From positions 1 through 25,119 of IMG/VR virus record IMGVR_UViG_3300028586_000432: DNA of 25,119 nucleotides; one strand, given 5' to 3'. The DNA comes from a virus. Its lineage: Duplodnaviria > Caudoviricetes. Below the pieces are notes generated by a model. That model worked only from the letters and a program-made list of their open reading frames with translations, made no database searches and had not been told where the DNA came from. Shown here in pieces: positions 1 to 7,068 of this stretch. The position numbers and the translations under genes are program-made. How positions within the stretch are numbered: the stretch's first letter is position 1; each line of letters opens with the position of its first letter.

Positions 1-92
1 TTCTTATTTGCGAATGCTGTCCAGCGCCAGCAGGCATCTCCCTTTTCAACCTTAGACCAAAATCTAGCCTGGGTTTGCTCAATATTTTCCAT
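1..92 (-). CDS. HNH endonuclease, N-terminal part (runs off window)
   Basis: Not in the ORF track. ATG at 92 gives MENIEQTQARFWSKVEKGDACWRWTAFANK...; RFWSKV..G..CWxW is the typical start of phage HNH_3-type homing endonucleases. TATATTTG box 3 nt upstream. Confidence 0.75.
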   Translation of the reverse strand, partial: MENIEQTQARFWSKVEKGDACWRWTAFANK

Positions 93-95
93 AAC

Positions 96-155
96 CAAAT
101 ATACCAAATATTCACTGATATAGCGAATATTTTGCATGAATTTTCACTATATTTG
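96..155. promoter_or_regulatory. Divergent Bacteroidota -7 promoters with a central palindromic operator
   Basis: TATATTTG on the - strand (96-103) and on the + strand (148-155). Inverted repeat aaatattcact (106-116) / agcgaatattt (122-132), 10 of 11 positions matched. Confidence 0.6.
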
Positions 156-159
156 GCTC

Positions 160-399
160 ATGAAAAATGAACACCCAGGCCAGTTGATTAAAGCCGCCAT
201 GAAAATCGAAAAGATTAGCCAGACGGCTTTTGCACGAGCCATTAATATGGCCCCTTCACAATTAAGTGAGACACTAAGCGGCCGTCGACCCATTACGCCC
301 GCGCTTTGTATCGCCCTTGAAAACGAAGGGGTGGGAGACGCAGAAATATGGCTTTTCATGTACGTTCGACATGAGTTAAGCAAAGCACGCCAAAGCTGA
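160..399 (+). CDS. XRE-family HTH regulator, HigA-antitoxin-like (79 aa)
   Basis: HPG motif, then SQTAFARAINMAPSQLSETLSGRRPITPALCIALE (HigA/XRE pattern). Start moved from 136 to 160 because TATATTTG lies 4 nt before that ATG. Confidence 0.85.
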   Translation: MKNEHPGQLIKAAMKIEKISQTAFARAINMAPSQLSETLSGRRPITPALCIALENEGVGDAEIWLFMYVRHELSKARQS

Positions 400-539
400 A
401 CCTTACAACGAATCGGTTACCCCTTTCGGGTATGGTTGAGCTTTGACAATATATTTAGCAAAACTGACTAATATCATGGGCCAAGGCTGAGCTTGGGGCG
501 TAGATTTCAACACGCTATCTACCCACCCCCTTCCGCTCT

Positions 540-1784
540 ATGTCTACGTCCCACTCTCATGTGGACCTGACTTTCTGGATAAATCTCGCTAAAGCAAACT
601 CAGCCGGTAAAGTACCCATCTCCTTACGAATTACAATCTTTGGGAAACGAGTAGAAATCTCCACCAAGATTCGCTGCTTCCCTTCCCAGTGGGACAAAGC
701 TGCCAAGCGCCTGATTCCAAAAGACAGGTTCGACCATGCTACCCTTGACCTTAATACTGTACTCGATGATTTAGAAGCCAAGACGCGGTTAACCGCTTCC
801 GATGTTCGCCGCGCCGCCGACGACAAGCACCCCTACACGGCGGCAGCCGTACGGGAGGCCCTCATGCCGCCCCCACCCAAGGTAAGCCCCTGCGTGCTCG
901 CCTCGCTTGACCAAGCCATTACGACCTACCCCAGCCGCTACACCCAAGCGGGGCGGCATACGGTGATGCGCGTGCTGCGGGAATACCTAGGCGAGAAGAA
1001 AACACTGCCGCTCGACACATTGACGCCCGAGTACGTGGAGGCGCTGAAAAAGTATCTGCTTGCTACCCGCCAGGCGCGGGCCACCAAGCAGTACCTCGAT
1101 ATGCTACGAGCGCTCTACAACCGCGCTTTCCCTTCCTTGATTAATCCCTTTGCTACGAAAGGGCTCACGCATAAAGCACTTGCCCCAAGCAAGCCCCGGT
1201 ACGCCCTCACCAAAACCGAACTGTCGGCTTTAGCTCGCGTGTCGCTCTCGGGCATTGCGGCTATTGCGCGGGACGTGTACATGACGCAGTACTATCTACA
1301 CGGCTCGCGGGTAGGGGTAGTGTTAGAATTGAGCTGGAGCCAAGTCGATTGGAAGAAGGGGCGCGTGAAGTTCAAAGCTGAGAAGGGTGGGGGCTGGCAT
1401 GACGTGGCCCTACGTCCGGCGCTTGCCTGCCTGCTGCGCACCTACTATCCTGACAAAGACGCCAAGGGGCCCGTGTTTCCGATGCTGCCTCAGAACTACG
1501 ACACACTCTCCCCCGACGAGCAGTTTCGGTTGCGAAAGTCGGCTAACGCGCAAGTGTGGGAGGGTCTGCAAGTAGCGGCTAAAAAGATAGGGCTACCCGG
1601 CCGACTGCACAGCCACACGGCCCGCCACACCCTGGCTACCCATACCGTGCAGGCCACCGGCAACTTCCGCCTAGCCCAGCAACTGCTTGGCCATACGGAC
1701 TTAGCCATGACCGAGCGCTACGTGAAATCCATGCTGCCCACCGAGTTAGACGCGGGGGCGGATGCTGTCTATGATACCGACTAA
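540..1784 (+). CDS. int: Tyrosine integrase (arm-binding, core-binding and catalytic domains)
   Basis: N-terminal GKVPISLRITIFGKRVEISTKI...WD (Bacteroidota Arm-DNA-bind_5-like). Catalytic residues HGSR, K(AEK), HTARH, LLGH and ERY. Confidence 0.95.
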   Translation: MSTSHSHVDLTFWINLAKANSAGKVPISLRITIFGKRVEISTKIRCFPSQWDKAAKRLIPKDRFDHATLDLNTVLDDLEAKTRLTASDVRRAADDKHPYTAAAVREALMPPPPKVSPCVLASLDQAITTYPSRYTQAGRHTVMRVLREYLGEKKTLPLDTLTPEYVEALKKYLLATRQARATKQYLDMLRALYNRAFPSLINPFATKGLTHKALAPSKPRYALTKTELSALARVSLSGIAAIARDVYMTQYYLHGSRVGVVLELSWSQVDWKKGRVKFKAEKGGGWHDVALRPALACLLRTYYPDKDAKGPVFPMLPQNYDTLSPDEQFRLRKSANAQVWEGLQVAAKKIGLPGRLHSHTARHTLATHTVQATGNFRLAQQLLGHTDLAMTERYVKSMLPTELDAGADAVYDTD

Positions 1785-1788
1785 TAAC

Positions 1789-1923
1789 ATGTCCCTCTAC
1801 CTAGCCCTTCTAACCTACCACCTACCAGTAGAACGAAAGCCCGACCCTTACGAAGTGATAGCCGAGCTAGCTTACTGGTTTGAAGTGGCGCGGGGTGGGG
1901 TGGAAGAGGTGGGTGAGGCGTGA
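1789..1923 (+). CDS. Small hypothetical protein (44 aa)
   Basis: ATG 4 nt after the int stop: MSLYLALLTYHLPVERKPDPYEVIAELAYWFEVARGGVEEVGEA*. Below the ORF-track cutoff. Confidence 0.45.
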   Translation: MSLYLALLTYHLPVERKPDPYEVIAELAYWFEVARGGVEEVGEA

Positions 1924-1970
1924 GCTTGTCAAAAAGCTAGTCAGATTTGATGAGCTAGTTGACAAGCTGA
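1921..1970. repeat. Cluster of short AGCT-led repeats, candidate integrase arm-type sites (att region)
   Basis: agcttgtcaaaa / agctagtcagat (12-nt period) and agctagttgaca / agctga. Also a perfect 10-bp inverted repeat agcttgtcaa (1923-1932) / ttgacaagct (1959-1968). Confidence 0.5.
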
Positions 1971-2021
1971 AATGCCAGAAAGATTTTAGAGGCAGACAGA
2001 AACGTGCTACTATTTCATGCG

Positions 2022-2029
2022 TACATTTG
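2022..2029 (+). promoter_or_regulatory. Bacteroidota -7 promoter box TACATTTG
   Basis: Exact TAnnTTTG consensus in AT-rich context, followed only by an 8-codon ORF. Confidence 0.55.
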
Positions 2030-2033
2030 AGTT

Positions 2034-2550
2034 CCTAATGCACCGCCCTACAGTGTCCACTTAAAGCCCTATACCATGAAGCGCTAACGACTACAACCTG
2101 CCTTTGAAACCGGCTCTCTTGGGGGCTGCTCGACCACTGCTAGGCAGTTAGTACAGCAGCTGCGGACAAGGTGAGGCAGATGCAGCCAACGGAAGTACGG
2201 GGCAACCCACGAATACCGAAAGCATCACAATTTCACCACTTCTTCAATTGGGAGAGTGGCACAGACTGAATGAGGCGTTAAACCATCGCCGTGCTTTGCT
2301 AGCGAGCGGCCCTTAGATGGGCCAGCTTTGGGCTCCACCTCATTCACCTCTAGCCTGTAGCTACCGAAAGCCAACGTACCACGTCGGCCACTTATGTAGG
2401 CAGCGCGGGCAACTTTTAGGCAAGGCAGCTCGGATAGGACGAGCAGTGAAGAAAAAGCGGCCGGCAAGCCTTCAGGGCTCACACGCGGCAGAGGTTCTCA
2501 AGCGCCTCCCTTGTCTATACCCACGGCATCGGCCGGTGCTGTGGGGCAAT
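2034..2550 (+). ncRNA. Candidate large structured non-coding RNA (unclassified)
   Basis: Lies between a -7 box and an intrinsic terminator. Tiled by nested helices, e.g. 2267-2275/2338-2346, 2417-2425/2509-2517 and 2520-2530/2535-2545, with G-U pairs on the + strand and a GCAA tetraloop. No credible ORF. Confidence 0.5.
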
Positions 2551-2554
2551 TAAG

Positions 2555-2587
2555 AAAGCCCCATGCCCTAACCGGCTGGGGCTTTTT
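2555..2587 (+). terminator. Intrinsic terminator (possibly bidirectional)
   Basis: aaagcccca ... tggggcttt stem followed by a T run. Confidence 0.7.
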
Positions 2588-2602
2588 CGTTACTTTCGCG
2601 GC

Positions 2603-2794
2603 ATGGAGACTGAACGCAAAACCTACCAAGGAATCACAGGCGGGCCCGGTGGGTTCGACGGATACGCAGGCCTAGTAATCGGCAAGCAGTACACTGGAGA
2701 GAAGCAGCCAGACGGACAGGTAGCCATTACCCTCCCGAACGGGCGGACGACTTCCGTAACGGCTGAGCAGTGGGAGAAGTGGTTCAGCAAGTAG
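2603..2794 (+). CDS. Hypothetical protein (63 aa, small beta-rich)
   Basis: TACTTTCG box (2591-2598) 4 nt before the ATG, terminator after the stop, protein-like sequence. Confidence 0.75.
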   Translation: METERKTYQGITGGPGGFDGYAGLVIGKQYTGEKQPDGQVAITLPNGRTTSVTAEQWEKWFSK

Positions 2795-2795
2795 C

Positions 2796-2827
2796 AAAAA
2801 CCCCAGCCACAAAGCAGCTGGGCTTTC
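2796..2827. terminator. Bidirectional intrinsic terminator
   Basis: aaaaa-cccagc ... gctggg-cttt between convergent genes. Confidence 0.6.
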
Positions 2828-3042
2828 TACATGAAAGTCATAAATACCCACCTATATAAGACACGAGGTAGTAGGATACCAATAGAGCACGTAGATGGGC
2901 GGTTAGTCCGCCGGGATAGGTTAGGCTAGTTCGGCAACGGGCGCACGCCAGATGGGGCGGCGCTGCTGGTCAATCAAAAACGCCCCGTACCATATGCCAT
3001 CATCATGCGTTCTGGCCTCTAATCCAGGGCACCAACTTACTT

Positions 3043-3501
3043 CTAAATTTGGCTCGCCAAGGACTTCAAAGCGAGCCCACCAATCCGCTGGACTGCACTG
3101 GCTTTGTGTATTCGCGGTTTCGGCCACCACGACTTGCTTGCCGGGCTGGCGTACCACGTGGTTATATCTGGCCGGGTAGCCGTGCGTGCCTCATTGAGCA
3201 AGGGCGAAAACCAGCGAGCGAAGTACCCGCCAATGAGCGCCACCATGGATAGGAAGCCGAGCACCCCTCCCCCAACCCCTCCCCCCAAGGTGAGGGGTAT
3301 CGCAGGCACTAGGCAGCAGGCGAGGGCGGGCCAGATTCTTGACCACGTTTCGCGGCCGTGGTAGCCCGCTTGCAAATCATCTGCGCTCCCGTTGGCAATA
3401 AAGTCGGCGGCGTTTTCGCGGACCTCTTTCGGAATGAATATGGCCGACCAATACCAGTAGGCGAGGGCTGCTAGAATTACAAATAAAATGCTGTAAATCA
3501 T
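3043..3501 (-). CDS. Hypothetical membrane protein (C-terminus uncertain)
   Basis: Three hydrophobic segments; AT-rich divergent intergenic region upstream. Confidence 0.7.
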   Translation of the reverse strand: MIYSILFVILAALAYWYWSAIFIPKEVRENAADFIANGSADDLQAGYHGRETWSRIWPALACCLVPAIPLTLGGGVGGGVLGFLSMVALIGGYFARWFSPLLNEARTATRPDITTWYASPASKSWWPKPRIHKASAVQRIGGLALKSLASQI

Positions 3502-3535
3502 TGGTTATTATACGATTATATGCGTATATTGTTGC

Positions 3536-3985
3536 ATGGAAATCACACACCGCAGCAGCCAGCCATTCGCCTATCAACCCTATACTGGGCCACGCCATAC
3601 GCCCGAGCCATTACCTACGCCAGAGAGTGATGGCTACTTTGTGGGGGAGTGGACAAGCCGCCCCGTTGGCCCTGGCTACTTGCCTGGCAAGAAGATTTTG
3701 AAGGAGCTTAGATTCTCGCAGGTGCAAGGTTTCACCGGGTGGCTTCGCCGTGATGAGGAACGCACTATCGGTTTTACATTCATCGGTGGGGAGCGGCGGG
3801 CTGCCCCAAACTTTCAGAAAATCGCTGCTTGTGGGCGGATAACTGGTGAGCGTCCCAATGAGGAGTGGAAACTGATAGACGACTTCGCATTTAAGGATGA
3901 AGTGCGGATGCCTGCCCCGTGCAATGATGCAGAATTCAGAGAGTTAGCGGCCATGTTTGACCGAGCCTATATCATGAAAGCCTAG
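3536..3985 (+). CDS. Hypothetical protein (149 aa)
   Basis: Long ORF with globular composition, preceded by a TATATTGT box; no recognised motif. Confidence 0.75.
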   Translation: MEITHRSSQPFAYQPYTGPRHTPEPLPTPESDGYFVGEWTSRPVGPGYLPGKKILKELRFSQVQGFTGWLRRDEERTIGFTFIGGERRAAPNFQKIAACGRITGERPNEEWKLIDDFAFKDEVRMPAPCNDAEFRELAAMFDRAYIMKA

Positions 3986-4037
3986 CCCCGCCCACCCCTT
4001 CTACTCTATAGTACTATAGCCGAGAGAGGCGCGCCAG

Positions 4038-4493
4038 ATGGATTTAACTCAGCGTATTCTTTCTTTTGACGCAGCGCCCGCCATTGTCAAAGGCCTTGAG
4101 CGGGGCGCGCTACAGACGCACGTCCGGTTTCAAGCCTACGCCGCTATTCGCGATTTCTTCGACCAGCCCGACCCCAAGCGATGCACCTGCGGGTGTGGGC
4201 TAGAGCTAACGGGCCGGCGGCGGCGCTGGGCAACAGATGAATGCTCGTGGTTTGGGCTGTCAGTGTTGCGTATCCTAAAGTGTGACGCCGACGAAATCCG
4301 CCATTGGCTCGTGGTAAAGTGTGGGGAGGCGTGCGCGCACTGCGGGGTAATGGGCGAAAAGCTACAGGTTGACCACATTATCCCGGTGCACCAGGGCGGC
4401 GGCGGGCGCTGGCTCGACAACTATCAGTTGCTTTGCGATAGCTGCCACAAGGTTAAAACAAAGGCCGACCGAGCGGCCCGGCTCCCCCACTAA
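4038..4493 (+). CDS. HNH endonuclease with an extra N-terminal Cys cluster
   Basis: CAHCG...LQVDHIIPVHQGGG..WLDNYQLLCDSCHKVKT is a canonical HNH. Upstream CTCGCG...RRRWATDEC is a second putative Zn site. Confidence 0.9.
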   Translation: MDLTQRILSFDAAPAIVKGLERGALQTHVRFQAYAAIRDFFDQPDPKRCTCGCGLELTGRRRRWATDECSWFGLSVLRILKCDADEIRHWLVVKCGEACAHCGVMGEKLQVDHIIPVHQGGGGRWLDNYQLLCDSCHKVKTKADRAARLPH

Positions 4494-4635
4494 GCACAGG
4501 GGAGGGGGAGGGGGGCGGTGGGGCAAGGTGCGGATAAGTCTTGTTTTTGGCTTCTTGATACTGCTCAATTGTTTGAGTAGGTCGCTGGCAAGGGCCTTTG
4601 CAGGCGGGACGCTTGGGGCAAATGACACAGGTCAT
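4453..4635 (-). CDS. Small Cys/Pro-rich hypothetical protein
   Basis: Starts 2 nt after the stop of 4638..4829 and has CxxC...CxxxC; overlaps the 3' end of the HNH gene. Confidence 0.35.
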   Translation of the reverse strand: MTCVICPKRPACKGPCQRPTQTIEQYQEAKNKTYPHLAPPPPSPSPVLSGGAGPLGRPLF

Positions 4636-4637
4636 AC

Positions 4638-4829
4638 CTAAGCGAACCGGCGCGTAAGGCCAAACACGAACCCAACCACGGCGCCGACGCCCGCCCCGAT
4701 TTTGGCGGCTTGCACTTGGTCGAGCTGAAGGGCCGGCACCAGGGCCGCGGCGCAGAATACCAGCGAGAAGAGAACGGCGCCAGCACCCGTATAGAGGATG
4801 GCGCGGACGAAGGTTTGTGGGTTGAGCAT
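4638..4829 (-). CDS. Small two-TM membrane protein (holin-like candidate)
   Basis: Two hydrophobic helices and a basic C-terminus, directly after the endolysin. Confidence 0.7.
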   Translation of the reverse strand: MLNPQTFVRAILYTGAGAVLFSLVFCAAALVPALQLDQVQAAKIGAGVGAVVGFVFGLTRRFA

Positions 4830-4849
4830 GATAGGGTTGGGGATTGAGG

Positions 4850-5488
4850 TTAAATAAGGGCTAGTAGTTCGTCTGCGGCGGCCTTATTAATGGCTGCCAG
4901 CGTAAGGGGGCCTAGAATGCCGTCGGCGCCAGATTTGCCAAGGTTGAAGCCGAGCGTAAGCAGCGCGCCTTGAATGGCGGCCACCGGAATAGGAAAGAGC
5001 GTGGCAGCTAGCGCGGCGTTAGTGACCCCCGGCAGCACGTCGTACTTGGTCAAGCCGTACTTGGCTACCACGCTGATAAGGGTGGCGGCATAGTGAGGGT
5101 CCGTGGCGTAGCCGGCTAGTTGGAAGCCCTTGGCCTCGCTGATGTAGTCGTCGGCCGCGAACAAGCGCCGGTACCGGGGGTTGGCTTTCAGGAACTCTAC
5201 CCGTCCCTTGAAGTAGTGGGCGGCGCTGTCGTAGGCCCGAAACAGGGCTTTTACTACCACGTCCTTGCCTTTCAATACTTCGCGGGTGTTGAAGCCGACG
5301 CTTTTGCCTTTCCAGTCCCAAGCGACCTTGATGCCGCCGAAGTTGTGGCACCCTTTCGAAAGAGCGCTTTCGCCCCAAGCCGACTCAATGGCGGCTTGCG
5401 CGAGGGTTACGGACGCACACAGGCCGGTGCCCTGGCAGGCAGCTTGGGCCATCGAGGCGTAGGCGTTGAAGAAGTCAATGGGTTTCAT
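4850..5488 (-). CDS. Endolysin: GH73 glucosaminidase/FlgJ-like domain plus C-terminal peptidoglycan-binding domain
   Basis: LAQAAIESAWG, NFGGIK, FRAYDS and AGYATDPHY (GH73 motifs); IQGALLTLGF..GADGILGPLTLAAI (PG_binding_1-like). Confidence 0.92.
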   Translation of the reverse strand: MKPIDFFNAYASMAQAACQGTGLCASVTLAQAAIESAWGESALSKGCHNFGGIKVAWDWKGKSVGFNTREVLKGKDVVVKALFRAYDSAAHYFKGRVEFLKANPRYRRLFAADDYISEAKGFQLAGYATDPHYAATLISVVAKYGLTKYDVLPGVTNAALAATLFPIPVAAIQGALLTLGFNLGKSGADGILGPLTLAAINKAAADELLALI

Positions 5489-5496
5489 AGTTGAGT

Positions 5497-5655
5497 TTAT
5501 TTAGGAATGCCCGGCCGCTGCTGCCCCTTCGTAGGACCGTGCAGGATGGGGCGCTTGTCATCATATAAGCGGCCTTCGGAGAGGGTTCTCACCCGCACCC
5601 GCTCAGCCGAGCAGCTGGTGAGGATGGACAGCACTAAGACACATGCCTTAATCAT
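5497..5655 (-). CDS. Small lipoprotein (52 aa), o-spanin candidate
   Basis: MIKACVLVLSILTS-C lipobox; start at 5655 overlaps the previous stop; lies in the lysis cassette. Confidence 0.6.
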   Translation of the reverse strand: MIKACVLVLSILTSCSAERVRVRTLSEGRLYDDKRPILHGPTKGQQRPGIPK

Positions 5656-5848
5656 GTCCGAGCGGTGTCTGAGATGGGTCAGGTAGCGCACAAACCCAAG
5701 CTGAGAATACCCCTAAGACCAGTAGGGCGCATGCGAACTTTAGCGGATAGCGCACAAATAGCCCCGCGTCAGATAGGGTCGTGTGCCCTATAAAAAGGGC
5801 GGTCAATAAATTGATGACTAGGCAAAAGCCAAATTGAGCTAGCTTCAT
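5648..5848 (-). CDS. Small two-TM membrane protein
   Basis: Two hydrophobic segments; lysis cassette. Confidence 0.6.
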   Translation of the reverse strand: MKLAQFGFCLVINLLTALFIGHTTLSDAGLFVRYPLKFACALLVLGVFSAWVCALPDPSQTPLGHD

Positions 5849-5906
5849 GGTTTTGGCTTTTGATTGCGGATAATGCGACTAGTCTGGCGGGGGGGCGGAA
5901 GCTTCT

Positions 5907-6305
5907 TCATGGTATTGGCTGTTCTGCTGTAGTGATGTTGGCATCCCCGGCCGCGTTTACTTCGGCCTTGTTGGCTTTAATCTGCGGCGCTGGCCCAGCG
6001 GGGCGGTTGGCAAAAGCACGGCCCACGAGCTTAGCTGTACCGAGCCCAAGCAGGGTGCCGGCCAGGATATAGTTGGCCTGCACCATGCCTTCCCCGATGC
6101 GGCCCGCAGCTTGCATACACAGCGTGTAGATGACAACTATAGGGGCAAGCACTAGGCGCACGCTGGGCTCGCCTTCACTCTCAAAAAGCCCTAGTATCCA
6201 CTTCGGGGTAAGTGCATCACGCAAGCAAGCATAGAGCAGCCCCAGCGCGAAACCCCAGCCCATGTAAGGCAGAATGACGAGGGCGATAGGTAGGACCTGG
6301 CTCAT
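5907..6305 (-). CDS. Putative holin (three TM segments)
   Basis: Three hydrophobic helices, GEPSVRL loop, hydrophilic tail; upstream of the endolysin. Confidence 0.6.
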   Translation of the reverse strand: MSQVLPIALVILPYMGWGFALGLLYACLRDALTPKWILGLFESEGEPSVRLVLAPIVVIYTLCMQAAGRIGEGMVQANYILAGTLLGLGTAKLVGRAFANRPAGPAPQIKANKAEVNAAGDANITTAEQPIP

Positions 6306-6718
6306 TTGACAGCAGCGTAGCCCAGCAACCCAAGCCCCAGCGTTTCAAGCACGATGACCCACCCCCGTCTGTGCGCCTTGCCCTGGGCCACGGCTAGCTT
6401 GTTGTTGCTATCCTGACGTAAGGACTGTTCTTCGGAGTAGGCACCCTTGTACCAGTCAATGAGGCGCTTGTTGCCGAGTAGCGCCGCGCTATCCTTGCGC
6501 CCCACGAGCACGAGCGTGGTATAGGCCAGCTGCTTTTCAGCATAGGCGGGCTTCAACTTTTCAAACCTGCGAAGGGCCTGCGCGATGATGGCCGCCTGCT
6601 TGGCATCAACGCAGACTGTCCCCTGTGGCCGAGATAGCCCAACTGCGGGGCTTGTAGTCTGCGAGCGACTGCTGTACGCGCTCAGGAGTATCAGAAGGGT
6701 CAGGAATAGTGCTTTCAT
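6302..6718 (-). CDS. Secreted coiled-coil protein with C-terminal TM (spanin-like candidate, 138 aa)
   Basis: Signal peptide MKALFLTLLILLSAYSSRS-Q, helical body, C-terminal GWVIVLETLGLGLLGYAAVK; start embedded in the 3' end of 6606..7067. Confidence 0.65.
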   Translation of the reverse strand: MKALFLTLLILLSAYSSRSQTTSPAVGLSRPQGTVCVDAKQAAIIAQALRRFEKLKPAYAEKQLAYTTLVLVGRKDSAALLGNKRLIDWYKGAYSEEQSLRQDSNNKLAVAQGKAHRRGWVIVLETLGLGLLGYAAVK

Positions 6719-7067
6719 GGGCAATGGTTTTGATGAGGCTGTCGGCGCGGGCATCGTGTGCCTTGGCTACTACTTTGAGGCTGTCGCGCACATGCACAAT
6801 CTTCTCAATGATGACGGTCTGCGTGCGGATACTATCGAGCTTTTGGGCAATGACTTTATCCTTCTGCTTGACCTGCTTTTTAGTCAGCACATTCTCCGTC
6901 ATGGCCTGCTCAGCTACTTCCTTCACGTCCTGGCTTTTCTTGCCCGAGAACACGACCGATAGAAACAGGCAGACTAGCACCACGCCAATCACAGTGAAGG
7001 CGTGCCGCATGAGCCACGCCCACAGGCTGGCTCGCCACGCGGCGAATTGTTCTTTGATGGCTGTCAT
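6606..7067 (-). CDS. i-spanin-like protein (N-terminal TM + coiled coil)
   Basis: TM AFTVIGVVLVCLFLSVVF, then K/Q/D-rich helix; overlaps the downstream gene as Rz/Rz1-type pairs do. Confidence 0.65.
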   Translation of the reverse strand: MTAIKEQFAAWRASLWAWLMRHAFTVIGVVLVCLFLSVVFSGKKSQDVKEVAEQAMTENVLTKKQVKQKDKVIAQKLDSIRTQTVIIEKIVHVRDSLKVVAKAHDARADSLIKTIAHESTIPDPSDTPERVQQSLADYKPRSWAISATGDSLR

Positions 7068-7068
7068 G

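Noticed and set aside
540-800. Apparently lower GC in the 5' part of the integrase (possible domain swap)
   Set aside because: Visual impression only, not quantified, and the frame and domains are continuous.
2104-2553. A + frame interrupted only by TAG codons (possible amber recoding), and ORFs 2225..2482 and 2317..2553
   Set aside because: Many clear genes here end in TAG with tight coupling to the next gene, and the translations lack protein-like character.
3995-4010. ctactctat resembling a group II intron 3' end
   Set aside because: No domain V hairpin, no GUGYG 5' end in context, no reverse transcriptase.
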